Source of the DNA: Coprobacillaceae bacterium
Lineage (GTDB): Bacteria > Bacillota_I > Bacilli_A > Erysipelotrichales > Coprobacillaceae
Assembly: GCA_963675515.1 (NCBI GenBank)
Contig: OY776328.1
Coordinates: 2,430,001-2,462,000 of the forward strand
DNA length: 32,000 nt
Reading direction: 5' to 3'
In this document: piece by piece, positions 25,096 through 32,000 of the stretch
Layout: each line of letters begins with the position of its first letter
How positions within the stretch are numbered: position 1 is the stretch's first letter
The notes under the pieces: model-generated
Databases searched by the model: none
What the model saw: only the letters and a program-made list of their open reading frames with translations
What the model was told of the DNA's origin: nothing
Made by a program: the position numbers and the translations under genes

Positions 25096-25123
25096 GATTT
25101 GGCGTCCGACAATAGTGCCAAAA
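25096..25123. promoter_or_regulatory. Candidate MtlR-type operator, copy B (TTTGGC-N13-GCCAAA)
   Basis: The same GATTTGGC-N9-TAGTGCCAAAA motif as at 19432-19459. The arms are at 25098-25103 and 25117-25122, 16 nt upstream of the -35 box. Confidence 0.5.
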
Positions 25124-25136
25124 TTAATTTGGGGTG

Positions 25137-25165
25137 AAAAAAAAAGAACACCGCCAAGTGTTCTT
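25137..25165 (-). terminator. Intrinsic terminator of udp
   Basis: AGAACAC / GTGTTCT stem (25145-25151 / 25158-25164), followed on the minus strand by T9. Confidence 0.85.
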
Positions 25166-25939
25166 TTATTGGTTTTTATCCGATTTTATCAGGTTTTTCA
25201 GGGCCGCTATGCCTACCTCGATTGCCTGTTGGGTATTGTGGACAACCGGATTTTCCAAGCCCGCCTTTTCCCTTTCCTGGTTGGCGACGACCATGAAACA
25301 TGATCCGACACGGACTCTGAGATGGCCGGCCACGACAAACAGGGCCGCCGATTCCATTTCCGAAGCCAGGACACCCAGGCGCTTCCAGGCCTCCCATTTG
25401 CTTTCAAGCTCGTAGCTTACCGGCATGATGCTTGGTGAATGTTGGCCATAGAAAGAATCCTTGCATTGGACTATCCCAACATGCCACGAAGCACCCAGTG
25501 ATTTGGCCGAGGCCACCAGGGCGTTGGTTACATCAAGGTTGGCGACTGCAGGAAACTCGATTGGAGCATATTCCTTCGATGTCCCTTCCATCCGTACGGC
25601 TCCGGTGGCAACAACGATGTCGCCGCTTTTGACGTCGATGTCGATGCCTCCGCAGGTGCCGACCCGGATAAACGTGTCAGCACCGCACTTGACAAGTTCC
25701 TCCATGGCAATCGCGGCAGATGGACCTCCGATTCCCGTCGAGGTCACACTGACTTTCACTCCATCAAGATATCCGGTGTAAGTCACAAATTCCCGGCTGT
25801 CGGCAATCAGCTTGGGTTCGTCAAAATACCGGGCTATCTTCTCGCATCGTTTGGGATCGCCCGGCAGGATCACATAGCGCCCCACCTCGCCTTGGCCGAC
25901 TTCGATATGGTATTGTTTTCCTTCTTGTGCGTATTTCAT
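25166..25939 (-). CDS. udp: Uridine phosphorylase (PNP/UDP family 1)
   Basis: [17 protein letters not shown]...[16 protein letters not shown]...FIRVGTCGG...GAVRMEGTS...FPAVA...[11 protein letters not shown] 25939 lies 6 nt after AGGAG. The track start at 25990 is an extension. Confidence 0.92.
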   Translation of the reverse strand: MKYAQEGKQYHIEVGQGEVGRYVILPGDPKRCEKIARYFDEPKLIADSREFVTYTGYLDGVKVSVTSTGIGGPSAAIAMEELVKCGADTFIRVGTCGGIDIDVKSGDIVVATGAVRMEGTSKEYAPIEFPAVANLDVTNALVASAKSLGASWHVGIVQCKDSFYGQHSPSIMPVSYELESKWEAWKRLGVLASEMESAALFVVAGHLRVRVGSCFMVVANQEREKAGLENPVVHNTQQAIEVGIAALKNLIKSDKNQ

Positions 25940-25967
25940 CTTGGTCTCCTTTGTGTTTTCTTGTTTA

Positions 25968-25995
25968 ATTATATCATCATCTTTTCCCAAGACAA
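25968..25995 (-). promoter_or_regulatory. udp promoter (TTGTCT-16 nt-TATAAT)
   Basis: On the minus strand, TTGTCT is at 25995-25990 and TATAAT at 25973-25968. Confidence 0.4.
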
Positions 25996-26012
25996 TGGAA
26001 CATTCCGAAATT

Positions 26013-26037
26013 GAAAAAAGAGGACCTGAGTCCTCCT
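26013..26037 (-). terminator. Intrinsic terminator after the DUF2721 gene
   Basis: GAGGAC / GTCCTC stem (26020-26025 / 26030-26035), followed on the minus strand by TTTTTT. Confidence 0.7.
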
Positions 26038-26041
26038 TTGT

Positions 26042-26440
26042 CTATTTCACTTTGCATTCGCTTCTCTCGTCGGACAGGGAAATGCTCAAGGCCTGGGCCG
26101 ACAGGGCGATCTCCATTATGCATATTCCCAGTGAAACCAGAATGAGAACCAAACCGGCGATGAAAAGAGGAGCAATCAAGAAATCAATTCCCAAAACAAT
26201 CAGGATCATCGTCATGATATTGGCGCAGAAGCCAATCAGGGCGGTGATCTGCATGTTCCGGATGTATTTGACCCGTTTCATCAGCGATCTGATCTGGCAT
26301 TCCACCCTGCTGTCGCTTCCTGGCGCGCTCTCGCTTAGATGGCGGATCACCTGTGAAATGGCCACATAGCGGCTCGTATAGGCGATCATCAATAGTGAGA
26401 TAGCCGAAAAGACGTATGTTGGTGTTTGTAAAGTATACAT
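26042..26440 (-). CDS. DUF2721-like small membrane protein (132 aa)
   Basis: It has an N-terminal TM helix, an amphipathic RxLxxRVKYIRNMQ segment and two C-terminal TM helices, the layout I associate with DUF2721. ATG 26440 lies 5 nt after GGAGG (26450-26446). Confidence 0.75.
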   Translation of the reverse strand: MYTLQTPTYVFSAISLLMIAYTSRYVAISQVIRHLSESAPGSDSRVECQIRSLMKRVKYIRNMQITALIGFCANIMTMILIVLGIDFLIAPLFIAGLVLILVSLGICIMEIALSAQALSISLSDERSECKVK

Positions 26441-26529
26441 AAGTTCCTCCTGTGAATCTAAAATATCGTCACTATAAGATAACAGCTTTGGATATCTTGC
26501 ACAAGGGAAAACACTTGTTAAAAAAAGCA

Positions 26530-28620
26530 CTAGGTGACAATCCGGTCACGGCCAAGCTGTTTGGCATAATACAGCCGCTTGTCGGCCAGTGATATCATCT
26601 TCTCATTGGTTATGCTTTCGCTGTCAAATTCGCCGCTGTCGCAAACTCCAGCTGAGAAAGTGAAGCGGATCTTGGAGTCCTGGTAATAGAACGCCTGTTC
26701 CCTTACCTTTTCAAGGATCCGTTCAATTATCAAGGCCGCCTCCAATTTGTCGCTGTCGTACATGATGATCACGAACTCCTCACCGCCATAGCGGCCAAGC
26801 AGGTCATATTCGCGCAGGTTTTCCTGAATCAGCCCGGTGAATTCCTTGATGATATGGTCGCCGGCGAGATGACCATGCCGGTCGTTGATATCCTTGAACC
26901 GGTCGATATCTAGGATTGCCAGGGCAAAAACGGAATTGTGGCGCTGGAACCGCTTGAGATCCTGTTCGAGCCGTTCATAGATGTAACGGCGGTTGTAGAT
27001 ATTTGTCAGCGGGTCGCGGATCGAAAGCTCGTTGATTCTGAATTCGAATTCCTTCTTCTTGGTGATGTCAGAATGGGTTCCATACATCATCAGGGGATGG
27101 CCGGATTTATCATATTCGATGACCTTGCCCCGGTCATGGATCCAGATCCAGCTGCCGTCTTTGGCTTTGGCCCGGACCTCGACATCGTAGAATTCCAGCT
27201 CACCGTTGAAATGTTGCTGCAACAGTACCTGGGCGTTTATTATATCCTCGGGATGAACCAGTAACAGCCAGGTTTCTATCGACACAGGTTCCAGTTCGTC
27301 GATCGTGTAGCCAAGCATCCCGGCCCAGCGCTCATTGAATTTTGTTTCCCCGGTCTGGATATTCCACTCCCAAGTTCCAAGGCGGGTCCCTTCGATGATG
27401 CTGTTAAGCCGTTTGGTTTGTTCATAATAGAGATTAAGGCTCCTTTTCTGGCTGGTGATGTCGATCATGACAACCAGAAGCATCATCTTTCCATAACAGT
27501 ATATCTTTTCCCCGCTAAGCAGGACGTCGTTGATCGTACCGTCTTTGGCTTTGAGCTGGACTTCGATATTGGTGATCAATCCCGTTTTTAAGATTTCATG
27601 AACTTTTTCGCTTACTGTGTCGAAATTGACAAGCAGATCCATCTCCTGCCATGATTTTCCGATAAGCTCCTCACTCCGGTAGCCGCTGATATTCAAGAAG
27701 GCCTTGTTGATCGATACAAACCGATGGTCCGGCAGCGTGTTGATCGCCCCGATGACCGGGCTGTCGCCAAAAAAACGGCTAAACCTTTCAAGCTCCCTGG
27801 CAACCGACTCGACCTCGGCGAAAATGCCAAGGAAACATTCCCTGTTTTCCAGATTGCAACCGGCAATCTGGCCGGTCAGGTTGATAAGTTGACCGGATGA
27901 GTCAATCAAAGACAGCGACAGGTTGTTTTGGGGGATGTTGATAATACTGTCGAAGTGGCAATCGCATGTAGCAGTAGAGATGTTTTTCACGTAATCATCG
28001 ATGTTGCGGTTGATCAGATCCCCGATCTTGTAACCTGTCTTGGTGCGCAGGTGATTGTTCGCAAAAATGATCTTACCTTCACTGTCGAAAATGAAGACAT
28101 ATCGGTTCACCGAGTTGACTACTTTGGCTCCTATATTGGCTTTGGATGGACCTTCGTTACGGTTTTGCATGATCATATTGGCAATTATCGCAACGAAGCA
28201 TCTAAAAGCAATCCGGTTCTTCTTGTTCATTTTCCTCGTGGATTTCAAAAAAACAATCAAACCAAGCAGGTCGCCCTTCACTTTTATCACCGAGCCATAC
28301 TGCGGGACCTGGCTTTCCATGGCTCCGGAATCCTGGGAATCGCTTTTACCAAAACAGCCGGATAGTCTGATTATTTTCCCGCTTGAAAGATCCCTGAAAT
28401 CATTTAGCTGCTCAATGGTGATTGTCTTGTCAGCCTTGGATTCTTGCGACCGTTTGAAAAGCGCAACTGATCTGGATTCATTGTCAACCAGATACAGTTT
28501 CACGTCGCCAGACCTGAAAAAGCGTTCAAACAGACGCAAAAGTCTTGCAATTCTGGTTGCAAAGTCATCCCCTTGCGATGATATCAATGTTGCCTTGAAT
28601 ATGAATTTTCCCTTTTTCAT
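26530..28620 (-). CDS. Cytoplasmic diguanylate cyclase: GAF-like N-terminus, three PAS domains and a GGDEF domain
   Basis: RDPLTNIYNRRY...LDIDRFKDINDRHGHLAGD...REYDLLGRYGGEEF. The active-site GGEEF is encoded at 26773-26787, and the RxxD I-site lies 5 residues upstream, as in PleD. PAS-like blocks include WEWNIQTGETKFNERWAGMLGY. No TM segment is present. ATG 28620 lies 8 nt after AGGAGA. Confidence 0.92.
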   Translation of the reverse strand: MKKGKFIFKATLISSQGDDFATRIARLLRLFERFFRSGDVKLYLVDNESRSVALFKRSQESKADKTITIEQLNDFRDLSSGKIIRLSGCFGKSDSQDSGAMESQVPQYGSVIKVKGDLLGLIVFLKSTRKMNKKNRIAFRCFVAIIANMIMQNRNEGPSKANIGAKVVNSVNRYVFIFDSEGKIIFANNHLRTKTGYKIGDLINRNIDDYVKNISTATCDCHFDSIINIPQNNLSLSLIDSSGQLINLTGQIAGCNLENRECFLGIFAEVESVARELERFSRFFGDSPVIGAINTLPDHRFVSINKAFLNISGYRSEELIGKSWQEMDLLVNFDTVSEKVHEILKTGLITNIEVQLKAKDGTINDVLLSGEKIYCYGKMMLLVVMIDITSQKRSLNLYYEQTKRLNSIIEGTRLGTWEWNIQTGETKFNERWAGMLGYTIDELEPVSIETWLLLVHPEDIINAQVLLQQHFNGELEFYDVEVRAKAKDGSWIWIHDRGKVIEYDKSGHPLMMYGTHSDITKKKEFEFRINELSIRDPLTNIYNRRYIYERLEQDLKRFQRHNSVFALAILDIDRFKDINDRHGHLAGDHIIKEFTGLIQENLREYDLLGRYGGEEFVIIMYDSDKLEAALIIERILEKVREQAFYYQDSKIRFTFSAGVCDSGEFDSESITNEKMISLADKRLYYAKQLGRDRIVT

Positions 28621-28652
28621 CGCAATATTCTCCTGATTGAACTGCCTCAAGC

Positions 28653-30443
28653 CTACTGATCGACAAAGTCGATCAGTATGTAGGCATCAAGGCCAAATTG
28701 AATTGTGCTGGAACCAAAATCATAATTTCCATTTCTGATAATCATGGTAAAGATTGTTGAATCAGTGGTCGAAGAGAATGTCGCCTGTTCATAGCCAAGA
28801 GTTATATTTGTCTGTTCGTAGGCTTTGATTCCATTGCCGATGGCATAAAGATCGATCTGGTTGACAACCACATTCTGGTCGTTTGTCAACACCAGATATT
28901 CGACACCGCTTATCACTTTGACATCAATAGTGTAGCTAGCCTGTTCATGGGTGAAACTGAACGGCAACAAGCTGTCATATTTGTCATTATTTACCCATAC
29001 CGATGTGAAATAGTCATATCCGGCGACTGGAATCACGGTATTTTGGGCGATTTGGAAATAGACGTAATCGTCAGGCCGGTAGTCGGTATCGTAGTATTCG
29101 AAACCGAAAGTCTTGTAGAAATCTTCCCACATATTGAAATCATCGCTCAAAAATTCGACTGCTGGAATGTAATCCATCATTGTCAGGTATTCTACTGTCT
29201 TGATAATCACGTCTTTTGCATCCTTGTCAAGGTCGCCTTTGGCAATTACCTGGTTGTTTTCAAGCATCCCGTTTTCTTCGAGCGTCTTTTCCAGCAGGCC
29301 GATCTGGCTTCTTTTCGAAATGGTGAAAGCATCGACTGGAGGAACGATTGAAACAAGCGAGAAGGCGATAAGAAAGGCCCCTATCAGGCTGTTTTTAATC
29401 GGTGGCAAAAAGCTCATGACCACTCCCGCTAAGGCGGCGAAAACACCATAGATGATCACGTAGTATCTTGTGTAGGTAATACCCATTTCCCCGATTTTCA
29501 GCACCGATGCAACTATCTGGAACACTACCAGGGGCACGAGCACCTTCGGGAATATGAGGCGGAACAGGTTGGCGAACTTGTTGTCGATCGAACTTGCGAG
29601 GATATAGATGAATATGACGACAATCGAATAGCTTACAAGCATTGGTTCCATCAGATTGTTGGTCCAGAATTCACCCCGGACATTCAAGACAAGGTACAAG
29701 GCAAGAATGAGGGTGTAGACACCAGCCAGCGGGATGATGATATAGGAAATGAGGATTTCCAAAAAGCGTGGCATGGTTGTGGTCTTGGTGATTGCTTCAT
29801 TCTGGACTTCAAGCTGGGCGTCATCGAGATGCTCGGAAATTTTGCCCGGATAAACCGGAATGAGCGAAAGGAAAAATAGCGGCGAGAACAAGACGAAGAC
29901 CAGATTGGCCACATGGGCATAGGCCCTTTCGTCCACCCGGGCGATCAGGGTGTCGAAGGCTAGAATTATCAGGGCAGAGCCCCCGAAGATCACCAGCGAA
30001 TACAGCATCGTCTGGAAGAAGCTCTTAAACACAGCCAGGAAACTTTGGTTGAAGTTTACCGTGTTTTTGATCACCGGGATCAAAATGAAGGCAAACAACA
30101 AGGCTAGAAGGGCCACCATGGTCCGCACGATGATTTCGACACTTAGCACCGGCGCCTTGAGCAATATAAGATAGTAGCCAAATGTCAAGATGACGCTGGC
30201 TCCCATCAGGACGATGCGGATGATTGTCTTGTCAAAGAACCGTTCATAAATGGCCTGGGAGCACGCGCCGATGAATGCGCCCACTATCAAAGCAAGCAGT
30301 TCCTTTTCGTAGTCTTTAGGCCCGTTGATGGCCATGGCATTGACAACAGCCCCAATAACCAGAAAGACTTCAGTTATCGGATAGCGGACAATGGCTTTCG
30401 ACAGGCCCGCAAGCCGGTTGAGCAATTTGGAAAATTTTTTCAT
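28653..30443 (-). CDS. Polytopic membrane protein with a C-terminal extracytoplasmic domain (DUF4153-like)
   Basis: About 10 TM helices in the first 380 aa or so, then a soluble domain of about 210 aa. The DUF4153 assignment rests on recollection of the architecture only. RBS GAGGG lies 8 nt before ATG 30443. Confidence 0.8.
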   Translation of the reverse strand: MKKFSKLLNRLAGLSKAIVRYPITEVFLVIGAVVNAMAINGPKDYEKELLALIVGAFIGACSQAIYERFFDKTIIRIVLMGASVILTFGYYLILLKAPVLSVEIIVRTMVALLALLFAFILIPVIKNTVNFNQSFLAVFKSFFQTMLYSLVIFGGSALIILAFDTLIARVDERAYAHVANLVFVLFSPLFFLSLIPVYPGKISEHLDDAQLEVQNEAITKTTTMPRFLEILISYIIIPLAGVYTLILALYLVLNVRGEFWTNNLMEPMLVSYSIVVIFIYILASSIDNKFANLFRLIFPKVLVPLVVFQIVASVLKIGEMGITYTRYYVIIYGVFAALAGVVMSFLPPIKNSLIGAFLIAFSLVSIVPPVDAFTISKRSQIGLLEKTLEENGMLENNQVIAKGDLDKDAKDVIIKTVEYLTMMDYIPAVEFLSDDFNMWEDFYKTFGFEYYDTDYRPDDYVYFQIAQNTVIPVAGYDYFTSVWVNNDKYDSLLPFSFTHEQASYTIDVKVISGVEYLVLTNDQNVVVNQIDLYAIGNGIKAYEQTNITLGYEQATFSSTTDSTIFTMIIRNGNYDFGSSTIQFGLDAYILIDFVDQ

Positions 30444-30678
30444 GAGGATAACCCTCTTTCTTTTAGATATTGTTTTAAATCACTGATCAATACAATGGTA
30501 AAATACTAATATCCCTAAAACAACAAGAATTAAAGCTTTTCATTGGGAAACTGTCGCTGACTATTATGGTTGTCTGTTTTACCCAAATCCGATTGAAATT
30601 ATTACTTTTATGCCTAATTTAATTTAAACACAAATGGAACCGAATTTCAAGATATCCCCACAGCAATCTGATAATATC

Positions 30679-30712
30679 GCGGCAAATCATGAGACAGCCG
30701 CCTTTTTGATTT
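30679..30712 (+). terminator. Orphan terminator-like hairpin in the 487-bp intergenic region
   Basis: GCGGC (30679-30683) pairs with GCCGC (30697-30701) around a 13-nt loop, then CTTTTTGATTTT. There is no plus-strand gene upstream. Confidence 0.3.
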
Positions 30713-30765
30713 TGTCCCATTGTCATTACATAATTTCATTTGGTACTGTTTATTTCCACGATAAG

Positions 30766-30774
30766 TGTTATAAT
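30766..30774 (+). promoter_or_regulatory. Extended -10 promoter (TGtTATAAT) for the lipoprotein gene
   Basis: TG at 30766-30767 and TATAAT at 30769-30774. The -35 box is weak. This implies a 5' leader of about 150 nt. Confidence 0.35.
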
Positions 30775-30930
30775 TATATTACATAGAGAATCCAAATTGA
30801 GTAATACCACTATGCGACATCCCCATCGCTTTTTAATCCTCTTTTGGACTTCCCTGACTTTGATACCATTGGCCCTGGCGATAATCTGATAATCATCCTG
30901 ATCTCGAACAATTACAAAGGAGCGATTATT

Positions 30931-32000
30931 ATGAAAAAAATCATTTATCTGATGTCTTTAATCTTAGTCTTGTTTTCATTTTCCGCCTGCGACACCCAGA
31001 ATCCCGACAACGGCGGTGCCTTGGCTTCAGACTATTTTCCGATCCTGGAAAATGTCCGCTACTATTACCGGGGCGAACAGAATGATTATGGTACTTTTGA
31101 TGTTTATCCCGATTATGCCGATGACCAATCCATGCAACTGAGGATCAGTGACAACAGCACCTCCAAGCTGGCCGTCATCAAAGCAGCCGATGATCAAGTC
31201 ACCCTGGTCTACCAGGACCAGGACATTAATTACCGGGAAAACCTTTTGGCCAAGACCAACACCGATCTTGTCCTGATAAACACACCGATAGCCGTTGAAA
31301 CCAGCTGGCAGTTCGGTGAAGGAGTAACCCGGAGCATCACCGACGTCGCAACAACCGTGGAAACCCCAATCGCCAACTATGAAGCGATTGAAATCACTAC
31401 CGAATACGGCGATCATTCGACAGTCGAATATTACGCCAAGGATGTCGGTCTGGTCAAATCAATCACGACAACCGCCAATTCCAGCGTCACTTCAATCCTG
31501 AGCTCGATTGTCCAGGACACATCGATCACCCAGGCTGTCAATTTCTATTACCCTAATCTTGACCATGAAATAATCTATTATCAGACCAGGGATCTTGAAT
31601 TCAGGACAAATGATGTGACTGCGACTATTCTTCAAGACAGCTACAAGGAAGTCCCTGAAAAAGTCAATGCGGTACTTGGCGCCAATACCATAATCAATGA
31701 CTATCATCTAGGCGAAAACGACCAGGCGTATCTGGATCTGTCGCAGGAATTCATATCCGAAATGAATTCCGGGGCCCAACTAGAATCGATGATGCTTACC
31801 GCACTTGCCAACACATTTGGATCTTACTATGGTGTAAATGAGCTGATGCTTAGAATCGATGGCAATCTATACGAATCCGGACATATCGCCCTTGGTGAAG
31901 ATGAAACACTCGCTGTCGATGCCATCAACAGCTTCGACATCGCCACCTTCGATGACCACGAACCCGGACAGACACCGACAAGCGTGGCAAGCGATTACTT
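30931..32000 (+). CDS. Lipoprotein with a C-terminal GerMN-like domain (5' part; continues beyond the window end)
   Basis: Not in the ORF track because there is no stop in the window. The frame from ATG 30931 stays open for 356 codons. It reads MKKIIYLMSLILVLFSFSACDTQNPD, with a lipobox Cys. It later reads AYLDLSQEFISEMNSGAQLESMMLTALANTFGSYYGVNELMLRIDGNLYESGH, which is a GerMN-like pattern. RBS AAGGAG is at 30917-30922. Confidence 0.85.
   Translation, partial: MKKIIYLMSLILVLFSFSACDTQNPDNGGALASDYFPILENVRYYYRGEQNDYGTFDVYPDYADDQSMQLRISDNSTSKLAVIKAADDQVTLVYQDQDINYRENLLAKTNTDLVLINTPIAVETSWQFGEGVTRSITDVATTVETPIANYEAIEITTEYGDHSTVEYYAKDVGLVKSITTTANSSVTSILSSIVQDTSITQAVNFYYPNLDHEIIYYQTRDLEFRTNDVTATILQDSYKEVPEKVNAVLGANTIINDYHLGENDQAYLDLSQEFISEMNSGAQLESMMLTALANTFGSYYGVNELMLRIDGNLYESGHIALGEDETLAVDAINSFDIATFDDHEPGQTPTSVASDY

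Noticed and set aside
19451-25120. TGGCAC (sigma-54 -24-like) inside both operator copies (19451-19456 and 25115-25120, minus strand)
   Set aside because: No TTGC -12 element sits at the required 5-nt spacing in either copy. The regulator is PRD/MtlR-type, not an AAA+ enhancer-binding protein.
3372-28650. N-terminal extensions of track ORFs at 3372, 8237, 10244, 14684, 17984, 20188, 23579, 25990, 26530 and 28650
   Set aside because: In each case an internal ATG with a well-spaced AGGAGG-type RBS matches the conserved protein N-terminus. The longer starts are non-ATG or lie inside terminators or upstream genes.
30444-30930. Searched by eye the long intergenic region next to the GGDEF cluster for a c-di-GMP-I or c-di-GMP-II riboswitch, or another known riboswitch core
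   Set aside because: No GEMM-type conserved cores (such as GGCAAACC or GACGCAAAGCC) or other familiar motifs were seen. This needs cmsearch to be definitive.
31027-31707. 129-aa and 71-aa minus-strand ORFs
   Set aside because: They lie antisense to the open-ended lipoprotein gene (30931->32000), which has an RBS, a lipobox and a GerMN-like domain.
1-32000. Looked for CRISPR arrays, tRNA or rRNA genes, phage and defence-system genes
   Set aside because: No short regularly spaced repeats, no tRNA-like GC-rich cloverleaf or T-loop (GGTTCGAATCC) sequences in the intergenic regions, and no recognisable defence or phage gene families were seen.

Overview
Chromosomal segment of a low to moderate GC Gram-positive-type bacterium, judged from AGGAGG-type RBSs, TTGACA/TATAAT promoters, many intrinsic terminators and standard-code stops. 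No rRNA, tRNA or CRISPR array was seen. Gene order from left to right:
- 5' part of infC, with an ATT start and a leader carrying an attenuator hairpin.
- A 2,006-bp IS1634-family insertion sequence flanked by a perfect 187-bp direct duplication.
- A secreted, C-terminally anchored PHB-depolymerase-type esterase.
- A minus-strand operon: a 59-aa ORF, a catalytically degenerate P-type-ATPase homologue, and an RluA-family pseudouridine synthase.
- prfC.
- An orphan 186-aa protein.
- A divergent HhH-GPD glycosylase-like protein.
- A three-gene PF04392-type ABC importer.
- mnmA.
- A membrane-anchored alpha/beta hydrolase.
- A large minus-strand mannitol-family PTS regulon. It holds mtlA, a second divergent EIICB paralogue, an MtlR-type PRD regulator and a nitroreductase. 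A separately promoted unit holds mtlF, a 1-phosphofructokinase-like kinase and a SorE/YggP-like Zn-dehydrogenase. No mtlD is present.
- udp.
- A cluster of a DUF4153-like membrane protein, a GAF-PAS-GGDEF cyclase and a DUF2721 protein.
- 5' part of a GerMN lipoprotein gene.

Most noteworthy findings:
1. The 'dead' P1B-type ATPase homologue, which lacks the CxxC, TGES, CPC and DKTGT motifs and the whole N domain, and is translationally coupled to rluA.
2. The non-canonical mannitol-family PTS locus, whose two promoters share a 25-bp palindrome placed at identical spacing from the -35 box.
3. The IS insertion, whose 187-bp target duplication carries a second copy of the infC promoter.

I did not find a clear, self-contained novel system such as a defence system. 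All family assignments come from motif recognition by eye, not from searches.
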